Notes under the pieces: generated by a model
Database searches by the model: none
What the model was told of the DNA's origin: nothing
The model's input: the letters and a program-made list of their open reading frames with translations, nothing else
Shown: one piece after another, positions 18,991 to 27,480 of the stretch
How the letters are laid out: each line of letters starts with the position of its first letter
Position numbering within the stretch: position 1 is the first letter of the stretch
Origin: an uncultured Bacteroidaceae bacterium
Lineage (GTDB): Bacteria > Bacteroidota > Bacteroidia > Bacteroidales > Bacteroidaceae
Assembly: GCA_964458275.1 (NCBI GenBank)
Contig: CAYWIE010000004.1
Location: 3,459 to 67,458 of the forward strand
Direction of reading: 5' to 3'
Length of the DNA stretch: 64,000 nt
Program-made: the position numbers and the translations under genes

Positions 18991-20109
18991 ATGAGACTGA
19001 AGAAATTTATATTGTCTTGTCTTGCTGTGGTTGCTGCTTTTTCAGTAAATGCACAGGAGGTTGAGAAGACTGAAAACGTTTTTAAACCTCATTGGTATCT
19101 TCAGGGACAGATCGGTGCTCAGTATACACTTGGCGAGATCTCCTTTGGCGATTTGATATCTCCCAATGCTCAGTTAGGTGTAGGTTACAACTTCAATAAG
19201 GTTCTTGGTGCCCGTTTCAGCGTAAACGCTTGGCAGAGCAAGGCCGGATGGGAAACAGAAGGAAACAACTATGAGTGGAAGTGGAAGTATGTAGCTCCCG
19301 CTATAGATGTTACAGCCAATCTTTCTAATCTTATCTGCGGATACAACCCCAACCGTTTCCTTAACATCGGTGTATTTGCCGGAATCGGAGCAAACATCGC
19401 ATTTGACAACGATGAGGCAGGCGAGGTTAACACAGCCCTTAAATCTTTGCACAAATACAGCGACGATTTCCAGCCCCTCTCTTACTTATGGGATGGAACA
19501 AAAGTACGTGTATTGGGTCGTGCTGGTATTACAGCGGATTGTCGTGTGAGCGATGTAGTAAGCGTTGGCCTTGAGCTTCAGGCTACAACAATCAACGACC
19601 ACTACAATTCTAAGCGTGCAAAGAATGCCGACTGGTATTTCAACGCGCTTCTCGGTGTAAAAATCAACTTAGGCAAGACACACACAACACGCGTTGTTCC
19701 TGTAGCAGTTCCTGTCAAGGAGGTTGAACGTGTCGTAGAAAAGGTTGTGTACAAAGAGTGTACACCTGATACAGTGGTTATCGTAGAACCTCTCCGTCGT
19801 GATGTGTTCTTTACAATCAGCTGCACAAAGATTGTTCCCGCAGAGATGACTAAGGTAAAAGATATTGCAGACTACCTCAATAAGTATCCTAAAGCAACTG
19901 TTTCTATTACAGGTTATGCCGATAAGGGTACAGGTAATGCAAAAATAAATGCTTCTCTTGGTGAGAGACGTGCTCAGGCGGTTGTAGATGCTTTGGTAAA
20001 CAAGTATGGAATCTCATCTTCTCGTATCAAGGCAGACAGCAAAGGCGATACAGAGCAGCCTTTTAAAGAAAACGTTCTTAACCGAGTAAGTATTTGTATT
20101 GCTGAATAA
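18991..20109 (+). CDS. OmpA-family outer membrane protein
   Basis: 372-aa ORF with a signal peptide ending VNA|QE and an N-terminal beta-barrel-like region. The C-terminal OmpA_C peptidoglycan-binding domain contains ITGYADKGTGNAKINASLGERRAQAVVDAL...NRVSICIAE. Confidence 0.9.
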   Translation: MRLKKFILSCLAVVAAFSVNAQEVEKTENVFKPHWYLQGQIGAQYTLGEISFGDLISPNAQLGVGYNFNKVLGARFSVNAWQSKAGWETEGNNYEWKWKYVAPAIDVTANLSNLICGYNPNRFLNIGVFAGIGANIAFDNDEAGEVNTALKSLHKYSDDFQPLSYLWDGTKVRVLGRAGITADCRVSDVVSVGLELQATTINDHYNSKRAKNADWYFNALLGVKINLGKTHTTRVVPVAVPVKEVERVVEKVVYKECTPDTVVIVEPLRRDVFFTISCTKIVPAEMTKVKDIADYLNKYPKATVSITGYADKGTGNAKINASLGERRAQAVVDALVNKYGISSSRIKADSKGDTEQPFKENVLNRVSICIAE

Positions 20110-20139
20110 TTCAAATTCAACATCTAATCCAATAAACGT

Positions 20140-20168
20140 CCATGAATCACCTTCAAGGTGATTCATGG
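20140..20168 (+). terminator. intrinsic terminator
   Basis: Perfect 12-bp stem, CCATGAATCACC / GGTGATTCATGG, followed by TCTTGTTTTCTT. Confidence 0.75.
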
Positions 20169-20183
20169 TCTTGTTTTCTTATT

Positions 20184-21290
20184 ATGAAAAATATTCTTTC
20201 GTTAATATTAGTTCTTGTAATATCTTCTTCTCTTTCGGCGCAACTTTCGGGTGACGGGTATTACAGAATCCGCAATGTAGGTTCTACGCGCTATCTCACT
20301 GTAAAAGACAATAAAGGCAGTATTGACATCAGTTCAACTTCAGCCGATCTCGGTGCTGTAGAGTTGTATAAAAAGTTTACATCGGTTGTCTCAGACCCGG
20401 GTTCTGTCCTATACGTAGATAATGCCTCTGCTTCAAACTATAAGTTCATTACTCAAGGAACAGATACTTACAAGATTATTGGCTATTATCTTAAATTGAA
20501 GAAAAATGCAGATGGCTCATATAAAGCGTATCAGGAGAAATCCATGATGGTGATGTATCTTTGCGATGCAGAGAAAGGTACGTTCAATAAAGGTGCGCTC
20601 GGCACAAATGACAAGGGTACCAATTATCGCGACTGGAATTTCTTGCCGATGGATGTGAACGGGGACAACTATTTCGGCCTTACACCTGAGGTAACAGCCG
20701 GTTCCGGATATTATGCTTCATTCTATGCCTCTTTCCCCTTTACTGCCGTATCAGAGGGAATGACAGTCTATTATATCTGCAAGGTGGATGGCGACAAGGC
20801 GGTTTATAAAGAGCTTAATGGTAATGTTGTTCCCGGTGCAATGCCGGTATTTGTCAAGTGTTCATCTCCCGAAGCTACAGACAACAGATTGGATATTGTT
20901 GCCAACAGTGCTTCGATACCTGCCGACAACAAGCTTGGAGGTGTCTATTTCTGCAATACGACAAACGCACACAAGAACCTCACCCCTTACAACGCTGAAA
21001 CAATGCGCGTATTGGGCGTAACATCAACAGGTGAAATAGGCTATATAAAGTCGAGTGTCGCAAATCTTCCTGCAAACAGGTCTTATTTGAAAGTTCCCGC
21101 AGGTTCTCCCGACGAGCTTACCCTTATATCTTACGATGAGTACATTACTGCGATAGGAGAGATAGAGAGTGAGACCGATTATTCGGCTGTATACAATCTG
21201 AAAGGTATAAAAGTTGCCTCTTCTGAGGAGGAATTCAATTCTCTCCCCGCCGGCGTATATATTGTAAACGGTGCAAAGATTAAGAAATAA
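20184..21290 (+). CDS. secreted hypothetical protein, T9SS cargo
   Basis: Start set at MKNILSLILVLVISSSLSA|Q, because the track start at 20142 lies inside the terminator hairpin. The C-terminus, YNLKGIKVASSEEEFNSLPAGVYIVNGAKIKK, resembles a T9SS sorting domain. Confidence 0.65.
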   Translation: MKNILSLILVLVISSSLSAQLSGDGYYRIRNVGSTRYLTVKDNKGSIDISSTSADLGAVELYKKFTSVVSDPGSVLYVDNASASNYKFITQGTDTYKIIGYYLKLKKNADGSYKAYQEKSMMVMYLCDAEKGTFNKGALGTNDKGTNYRDWNFLPMDVNGDNYFGLTPEVTAGSGYYASFYASFPFTAVSEGMTVYYICKVDGDKAVYKELNGNVVPGAMPVFVKCSSPEATDNRLDIVANSASIPADNKLGGVYFCNTTNAHKNLTPYNAETMRVLGVTSTGEIGYIKSSVANLPANRSYLKVPAGSPDELTLISYDEYITAIGEIESETDYSAVYNLKGIKVASSEEEFNSLPAGVYIVNGAKIKK

Positions 21291-21311
21291 TAATTTATCG
21301 GACGGTAATAA

Positions 21312-21360
21312 TATAAACAAGAGAAAGCGCAAAAGCAATTTGCGCTTTCTCTTGTTTATA
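21312..21360. terminator. bidirectional terminator between convergent genes
   Basis: Perfect 22-bp arms, TATAAACAAGAGAAAGCGCAAA / TTTGCGCTTTCTCTTGTTTATA, with a 5-nt loop. Confidence 0.85.
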
Positions 21361-21371
21361 CATGGAGACAA

Positions 21372-22322
21372 TCATGCCACCATTCGTGCAATCCATATCC
21401 ACAGCGGCGCTGCCACAATGAATGCGAAGATGCTGAATGTAAGCGAAGATGTTCCGGTGCGGACGTAAAGTTGATAACGGCTTCCGATGATAATTCCTGA
21501 AAATGCAGGAGGCAAGGCGCCTGCAAGCACCATCATCTGCAAGTTGTCGGAATTCATGCCGAATATAAGTCCCACGATGAGCAATGCAGCCGGCATAATG
21601 AGCAGTTTAACAACAGCATTGTATGCAACCTCCTTGTCCATCTGGAACTTCATGCCCGACAAGGTAAGTCCTGCTGCAAATACGGCGACTCCGGCATTGG
21701 CCTTAGCGATAAGTTCGAAGTTGGGGTCGAGTATCGCAGGGAATCTGATGTCGAGCAACACAAGAACCACAGCCAGAATAGGCGCCCAGCAAACGGGCTG
21801 TGAAAGTGCGCTGAGTACCGGGTTGCTCTTTTTGCCTCCTTCCTGCTCGTTGCCCTTGCCACCTCCGGCATTCATCAGTGCAAGACCTATCGGAATGTTT
21901 ATCGCATTCACAACAATGGAGATTATTGCAACGACAAGTCCCGTACTTGCTGTGGCGCCGTATATAGGCTCCAGCACAGCGAATCCTAAAAAACCGATGG
22001 TCGGAGAGCCTGAGATGAGAGCACAGACGGCAGCCTCGCTTTTCGTATGTTTAAAGAACTTGTAGCACGAAAAATAGGACCACAGAAATACTCCGGTTAT
22101 AATGATGAAACTGATGATCGTCAGCTTTATGTCGTCGAACAGCATGGTCCTGTCTGCCTTGACAATAGAGACGAACAGTGCAGCCGGAAGCGCGTAGTTG
22201 AGCACCAATTTGTTGAGAATCTGCGCATCCTCGTACTTGAAAGCCTTGCTCTTTCCCGATGCGAAGCCCAAGAACATTATGACGAATATGGGCAAAATAT
22301 CTTTAATAAGTATATCAAGCAT
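21372..22322 (-). CDS. AEC (auxin efflux carrier) family transporter, YfdV-like
   Basis: 316-aa polytopic ORF. The N-terminus [24 protein letters not shown] resembles E. coli YfdV. It overlaps the oxc stop by 8 nt. Confidence 0.8.
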   Translation of the reverse strand: MLDILIKDILPIFVIMFLGFASGKSKAFKYEDAQILNKLVLNYALPAALFVSIVKADRTMLFDDIKLTIISFIIITGVFLWSYFSCYKFFKHTKSEAAVCALISGSPTIGFLGFAVLEPIYGATASTGLVVAIISIVVNAINIPIGLALMNAGGGKGNEQEGGKKSNPVLSALSQPVCWAPILAVVLVLLDIRFPAILDPNFELIAKANAGVAVFAAGLTLSGMKFQMDKEVAYNAVVKLLIMPAALLIVGLIFGMNSDNLQMMVLAGALPPAFSGIIIGSRYQLYVRTGTSSLTFSIFAFIVAAPLWIWIARMVA

Positions 22323-24027
22323 GGTTGTTGCTGTTAATGGTTGATTTTGGATTAAGATTGCCTATGTGTCCGCTCTCCGCTCCCACTGCGGGGTCAATCA
22401 CGCAGTTGACAAGTGTTGGCTTTCCCGACTCGATGCCCGTGCCGACTGCCTTGCGCAATTCGTCGGGGGTGGCAGCGTTGAAGGAGACTCCTTCAAATGC
22501 TTCAATCATCTTGTCGTAGCGCGCACCTATCGTAAGTGTGGTGGGAGAAGGGTCGCTGCCGCCGCTGAGGTTCTTGTCTGTTCCGCGATATATGCCGTTG
22601 TTGTTGAAGACAACAACCGTTACGGGCAGCTTGTAGCGGCAGATGGTCTCAATCTCCATGCCGCTGAACCCGAAAGCACTGTCTCCCTCTATGGCAACCA
22701 CAGGGCGTTTGCCGGTTACGGCTGCGGCGATGCTGTATCCCATGCCCACGCCCATGACACCCCACGTGCCGCAGTCGAGACGGCGACGAGGATGGTACAT
22801 GTTTATAACGTTGCGGGCATCGTCGAGAGTATTGGCACCTTCGTTTACAACGTAGATGTCCTTGTGATTGTCAAGAACGTCGCTGATAGCCTTCAGAGCA
22901 TTGAAGTAGTTCATGGGCACACTGTCGCTGTTGAGCTTGGCTGCCATCTTCGCACTATTGCTCTTTTTGATTCCATCTATGCTGTCGAGCCACTCCTTGC
23001 AAGGCTGCATGGGTTGCGCTTTCAGCTTTTCGAGCATAAGAGAGAGCGATGAGCCTATGTCTCCGACAACCGGTGCTGCGATGGGGCGGTTGCTGTCAAT
23101 CTCGGTGGCTTCAATGTCCAGCTGGATGAACTTTGCATCGGGGTTCCATTTCTTGCCCTTGCCATGAGTGAGCAGCCAGTTGAGACGGGCGCCAATGAGC
23201 ATGACAACGTCCGCATTGCCAAGTACATATCCACGCGCCGATGCTGCGCACAGCTTGTGGTCGTCTGGCAGAAGACCTTTTGCCATAGACATTGGCAGGT
23301 AAGGTATTCCGCTCTTTTCCACAAAGTTCCTTACCTGTTCGTCGGCTTGTGAATAGGCGGCACCCTTGCCTATGATTATCAGTGGCTTTTTAGCCTGCGA
23401 AAGTATTCTCATGGCACGTTCGACTGCTGTTGCCGCAGGTATCTGCGCTGGTGCAGGCTCAACCGGGGTGAACAGCGTCTTTTGTGCAACCTCGGCATCC
23501 ATGGTTGCCGACAACATGGCTGTCGTAATGTCAAGATAGACACCTCCGGACCGTCCCGAAACAGCTGTTCGTATGGCGCGAGCAACGCCGACGGCTATAT
23601 CTTCGGGGCGGTTTATGCGAAATGCAGCCTTTGCGAAAGGCTTTGCTATGTTCATCTGGTCGAGCCCCTCATAATCGCCCTGTGCAAGGTCTATTATGTT
23701 GCGGTCGCTCGAACCGCTGATCTGTATCATGGGAAAACCGTTGACTGTGGCACAGGCAAGAGCGGTCAGTCCGTTCAGGAATCCCGGAGCCGATACGGTG
23801 AGGCAGATGCCCGGCTTCTTTGTGATAAATCCGCTTATTGCGGCCGCGTTGCCAGCCGACTGTTCGTGCCGGAAGCCAATGTAACGTATTCCCACCTCCT
23901 GCGCACGCCGCGCAAGGTCGGTAACAGGGATACCCACTACTCCGAAAATGGTCTCCACACCATTCATCTTCAAGGCATCAACCATCAGGTGCATGCCGTC
24001 TGTCAGTCTAATATCTTCGGTAGCCAT
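22315..24027 (-). CDS. oxc: oxalyl-CoA decarboxylase (ThDP-dependent)
   Basis: Collinear by eye with Oxalobacter formigenes Oxc and E. coli YfdU: [80 protein letters not shown]. The start is taken at MATEDIRL (ATG 24025-24027). An alternative ATG at 24048 would overlap frc. Confidence 0.9.
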   Translation of the reverse strand: MATEDIRLTDGMHLMVDALKMNGVETIFGVVGIPVTDLARRAQEVGIRYIGFRHEQSAGNAAAISGFITKKPGICLTVSAPGFLNGLTALACATVNGFPMIQISGSSDRNIIDLAQGDYEGLDQMNIAKPFAKAAFRINRPEDIAVGVARAIRTAVSGRSGGVYLDITTAMLSATMDAEVAQKTLFTPVEPAPAQIPAATAVERAMRILSQAKKPLIIIGKGAAYSQADEQVRNFVEKSGIPYLPMSMAKGLLPDDHKLCAASARGYVLGNADVVMLIGARLNWLLTHGKGKKWNPDAKFIQLDIEATEIDSNRPIAAPVVGDIGSSLSLMLEKLKAQPMQPCKEWLDSIDGIKKSNSAKMAAKLNSDSVPMNYFNALKAISDVLDNHKDIYVVNEGANTLDDARNVINMYHPRRRLDCGTWGVMGVGMGYSIAAAVTGKRPVVAIEGDSAFGFSGMEIETICRYKLPVTVVVFNNNGIYRGTDKNLSGGSDPSPTTLTIGARYDKMIEAFEGVSFNAATPDELRKAVGTGIESGKPTLVNCVIDPAVGAESGHIGNLNPKSTINSNNHA

Positions 24028-24038
24028 AGCCGGTGGAA

Positions 24039-25310
24039 TTATTTGCATACAACATGTTTCTTTCTCAGGCTGGCTATCTCATCGGCTGTGTAGCCAATCT
24101 CTTTAAGCACTTCGTCGGTATGCTCTCCGAGCAACGGAGCCGCTTTTACCTCAGGCTTGTAGTTCGAGAATTTCGGAGGGCAGCCGATGGTTATGAATTT
24201 TCCGCGTTTGGGCTGGTCGACCTCGACGATTGTTCCGCATTTGCGCAACGACCGGTCGTTCTCTATTTCGAGCATGCTGAGTACGGGACCACAAGGAACG
24301 CCAGCCTTGCCAAGCTCTTCCACCACTTGAATCTTGTCTTTGGTCATGGTGTACTTCTCGATGGCTGCGTATATCTCCTCCTTCACCTCCTGACGGGCTG
24401 CCGGAGTGTTGAATTTGGGGTCAGTTATCCATTCAGGCTTCCCTATTGCGTTGCATGCGGCTGCAAAGGGCTTCTCTTCGTTCTGCAATACAATGTAGAC
24501 AAATGCGTTGGGGTCTTTCTCCCAGCCTTTGCAACGATAGCACCATCCGAGCACCTGTCCGCCTTCGACATTGCCGCCGCGAGGTACGGTGTTGCCGAAT
24601 TTCTCTTTGGGGTACTGTGGCAGATGCTTAAGCACTCCTGTGTGTTCGAGTATCTGCTGGTCGCGCAGCTTTATTCGGCAGAGGTTGAGCACTGCGTCCT
24701 GCATCGACTGTTCCACAAAGCAGCCTTCGCCTGTTCTTTCGCGTCCCATAAGGGCAGCAAGCAGGCCTATGAGCAGGTGCATGCCTGTGTTGCTGTCGCC
24801 AAGCGCGGCACCCGATTGTGTGGGGATGTTGTAATCGCCTTTCCACCAGCCGGTAGTGGCTGCCGCGCCGCCGGCGCATTGGGCAACCGGCTCAAATGCC
24901 TTTACGCTTGCAAAGGGGGAGTCGTCGTTGAAACCCTTAATGGTTCCATAAATTATTCGTGGGTTGATCTTGTGAACCTCCTCCCAAGAGAAACCGAGCT
25001 TGGCAACTGCTCCGGGATGAAGATTCTCTACGAAAATGTCGGCGGTCTTCAGCAGGCGGGTTAGAATCTCCTTGCCTTCGGGCGATTTCATGTCAAGCTC
25101 AATCGAGCGTTTGTTGCAGTTGAGCTGCAGATAATAGATGCCGTCGAGTCCCGGCTTGTCGAGAAGTTCTGTACGGGTGGGGTCGCCTACTCCGGTGCGC
25201 TCTATTTTTATTACGTCGGCTCCGAGCCATGCGAGCATTTGTGTACACGAAGGACCGGACTGCACTTGTGTCCAGTCGATTACTTTGATACCTTTTAGTG
25301 GTGCTGTCAT
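24039..25310 (-). CDS. frc: formyl-CoA:oxalate CoA-transferase (class III CoA-transferase)
   Basis: 423-aa [88 protein letters not shown] and [12 protein letters not shown] are closely collinear with O. formigenes Frc and E. coli YfdW. Confidence 0.9.
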   Translation of the reverse strand: MTAPLKGIKVIDWTQVQSGPSCTQMLAWLGADVIKIERTGVGDPTRTELLDKPGLDGIYYLQLNCNKRSIELDMKSPEGKEILTRLLKTADIFVENLHPGAVAKLGFSWEEVHKINPRIIYGTIKGFNDDSPFASVKAFEPVAQCAGGAAATTGWWKGDYNIPTQSGAALGDSNTGMHLLIGLLAALMGRERTGEGCFVEQSMQDAVLNLCRIKLRDQQILEHTGVLKHLPQYPKEKFGNTVPRGGNVEGGQVLGWCYRCKGWEKDPNAFVYIVLQNEEKPFAAACNAIGKPEWITDPKFNTPAARQEVKEEIYAAIEKYTMTKDKIQVVEELGKAGVPCGPVLSMLEIENDRSLRKCGTIVEVDQPKRGKFITIGCPPKFSNYKPEVKAAPLLGEHTDEVLKEIGYTADEIASLRKKHVVCK

Positions 25311-25440
25311 AATTTCTTACAGTTTTTGTTAATGAATTGTTCTGCGCATTGCGCTTCAGAATTTATTAACAGCACTTTGACGATTTTTGTTTGTTGGCTG
25401 ACGGTATCAAATATGAAACAGTCTTCTTATACTGCCTCCC

Positions 25441-26655
25441 CTATGGTATCAACAGCGAGCTGTCGCCGTAGCTGAGGAAACGGAAATCGTGCGCCAGGGC
25501 ATAGTCGTAAATCTTTCTCCAATCACCGTTGACAAATGCCGATACAAGCAGCAACAGAGTGCTTTTTGGCTGGTGGAAGTTTGTGACTATGGATTTTACT
25601 ATGCGGTATTTATAGCCCGGTGCAATTATTATGCGTGTGTGGGAATGGATGCGGTCGAGTCCTTTCCGTTGCATGTAGCTGTAAAGCGCTTGCAGTGCTT
25701 CGGATGCAGTGAGGGTGTGTTCGCGCTCGTATGCTATCCATTGGTTCACGGTGAGTGCCTCCTCGTCAATGTCTCCATTCTCCGCTACAGCTTCGCCTAA
25801 GAAGTAGAGGCTTTCGATTGTGCGTACGGAGGTTGTTCCTACAGCGATAACCGAAGCACCGGCTGCAATGATGCGTGCTATGAGTTCACGGCTCACTTCG
25901 ATATACTCCTCATGCATTTCGTGGTCGGCGATGATGTCGCTTTTTACAGGCTTGAATGTGCCGGCGCCGACATGGAGCGTTACTTCCCTGCAATCGACTC
26001 CTGCCTTTTTCAGCTCCTCAAAGACTTCGGCTGTGAAGTGCAGTCCGGCAGTGGGGGCTGCCACAGAGCCTTTTATCTTGGAATATACAGTCTGATAGGT
26101 GCTGTTGTCGCTCTCTTCGGTCTTTCTGTTGAGGTAAGGAGGAATGGGAAGCTCACCAGCTTTTTCAAGAAGCTCGGCAAAGCTTACGCCGCCGTCCCAG
26201 CTGAAGCGTACAAGGTTGACGGATGCCGGTGCGCCTATCCTTTCGGCTGTGAGGGTAATTGTGCTGCCGTTTACTTCGACAGTCTGTGAAAGGGTGCCGC
26301 TTTTCCAACGGTTGGAATTTCCCACAAGTGCCTGCCATACACAGCTCTCCGTCTGCTGGAATATTTGTTGGTAGTCGGCAGGGGCTTCAGGCTCTAAGCA
26401 GAATATCTCTATCTGCGCGCCCGTTGCCTTGCGGAAGCGTAAACGTGCCTGAATGACTTTTGTGTTGTTGAAAACCATAAGTGCCCCCGAAGGTATATAT
26501 CGGGGTAAATTGCCGAAGTTGTCCTCGCTCACTTCACCTTTGTTGTATATGAGCAATTTTGAACTGTCGCGCTTTTTCAGTGGATATTTTGCAATACGTT
26601 CATCGGGTAACGGATAGTCGTATTCTGCTATTTCTATGTTCTTTACACTATTCAT
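25441..26655 (-). CDS. queA: S-adenosylmethionine:tRNA ribosyltransferase-isomerase
   Basis: QueA motifs are present: YDYPLPDERIAKYP, SKLLIY, LPIPPYL, YQTVY, GSVAAPTAGLHFT, TLHVGAGTF, VGTTSVR, NFHQPKSTLL. The start is set at MNSVKNIEI (ATG 26653-26655). Confidence 0.9.
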   Translation of the reverse strand: MNSVKNIEIAEYDYPLPDERIAKYPLKKRDSSKLLIYNKGEVSEDNFGNLPRYIPSGALMVFNNTKVIQARLRFRKATGAQIEIFCLEPEAPADYQQIFQQTESCVWQALVGNSNRWKSGTLSQTVEVNGSTITLTAERIGAPASVNLVRFSWDGGVSFAELLEKAGELPIPPYLNRKTEESDNSTYQTVYSKIKGSVAAPTAGLHFTAEVFEELKKAGVDCREVTLHVGAGTFKPVKSDIIADHEMHEEYIEVSRELIARIIAAGASVIAVGTTSVRTIESLYFLGEAVAENGDIDEEALTVNQWIAYEREHTLTASEALQALYSYMQRKGLDRIHSHTRIIIAPGYKYRIVKSIVTNFHQPKSTLLLLVSAFVNGDWRKIYDYALAHDFRFLSYGDSSLLIP

Positions 26656-26765
26656 ACTTTGGGGAGATTCTATATTCGGTAATCTGTGATTCTTTAGTTG
26701 GGAGAAGTTGGCCGCAAAACAACCGTCTCCCATTGGGAAAATTTATGGGCGAAGGCTTTATGCTG

Positions 26766-27064
26766 TTAATCTTCCAACATACGACGTTTGAGGTCCATTC
26801 GTTGGTGCAGGATTCTTATGACAAGAATATCACCGTCAGCGAGGATACGGTAGAAGATTATGTGTCTGTTGGCTCTATATCCATGCAGACCATCTGCTGT
26901 TTCTTCATACCTTACGCCAAACAGTCGAGGATTCTCAGTTGTTTTTCGGCACGATTCAATAAGCATATTGTAATAATTATCCGCTTGACGCTCCGACCAA
27001 GTGTATATTCCCAAATGCTGGTCAGGTCCTCTACTGCTTTGTTGGTCAGGTGATATTTAGCCAT
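26766..27064 (-). pseudogene. parE: RelE/ParE-family toxin gene interrupted by a frameshift
   Basis: The ATG at 27062-27064 opens [21 protein letters not shown]. The rest of the family sequence, TWSERQADNYYNMLIESCRKTTENPRLFG...ILVIRILHQRMDL, continues in a different frame (track ORF 26766-27014). The frames switch around 26998-27004, consistent with a 1-nt loss. Confidence 0.7.
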
Positions 27065-27308
27065 TTGTTTTTGTTCGTTTTGCTTTTAGTTTTTTTAGAT
27101 GCTCTTCGGCATTAAACTCTGTGGCAATACCGCTCTCTAAGCCCTCTGCAATAGCCATTTTCAGCTCTTGCAGATGACTTTCGTTCTCTTCTAAAAGGCG
27201 TAAACCTGCACGAATAACCTCGCTGGCATTGTTGTAACGTCCTTGCTCTACTTTCATTCGGATAAAATTCTCGAAATAAGTACCCAATGCTACTGATGTC
27301 GTTTTCAT
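27057..27308 (-). CDS. parD: ParD/CC2985-family antitoxin (ribbon-helix-helix)
   Basis: 83-aa [46 protein letters not shown] is the typical ParD-type antidote N-terminus. Its stop overlaps the toxin ATG (ATGGCTAA). Confidence 0.85.
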   Translation of the reverse strand: MKTTSVALGTYFENFIRMKVEQGRYNNASEVIRAGLRLLEENESHLQELKMAIAEGLESGIATEFNAEEHLKKLKAKRTKTNG

Positions 27309-27326
27309 ATCTCAATAATTTTCTAC

Positions 27327-27351
27327 AAAGTTACCAAATATTGGTAACTTT
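27327..27351. promoter_or_regulatory. perfect palindromic operator overlapping the parD promoter
   Basis: AAAGTTACCAA-ATA-TTGGTAACTTT, with 11-bp arms. The reverse strand carries TAACTTTG (27326-27333), a TAnnTTTG -7 box 18 nt upstream of the parD ATG. Confidence 0.6.
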
Positions 27352-27388
27352 GCGAGCTTTCAACCGAATATATTGTATGCAAGAGTAA

Positions 27389-27480
27389 GAAATAGTTTGA
27401 ATTTAGCCCTATTCGCCGTTGCTTTTGAAGTAGTTCCCTGCTGTTTGTGTCATCTTCAGAAGTAAAATTCAAACAGCTTC
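27389..27480. mobile_element. 92-bp miniature inverted-repeat element of the GAAGCTGTTT family
   Basis: Left end GAAATAGTTTGAATTT (27389-27404) and right end AAATTCAAACAGCTTC (27465-27480) are inverted repeats with 2 mismatches. Both are flanked by TAA (27386-27388 and 27481-27483). The right end overlaps the uvrB stop codon. Confidence 0.6.
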
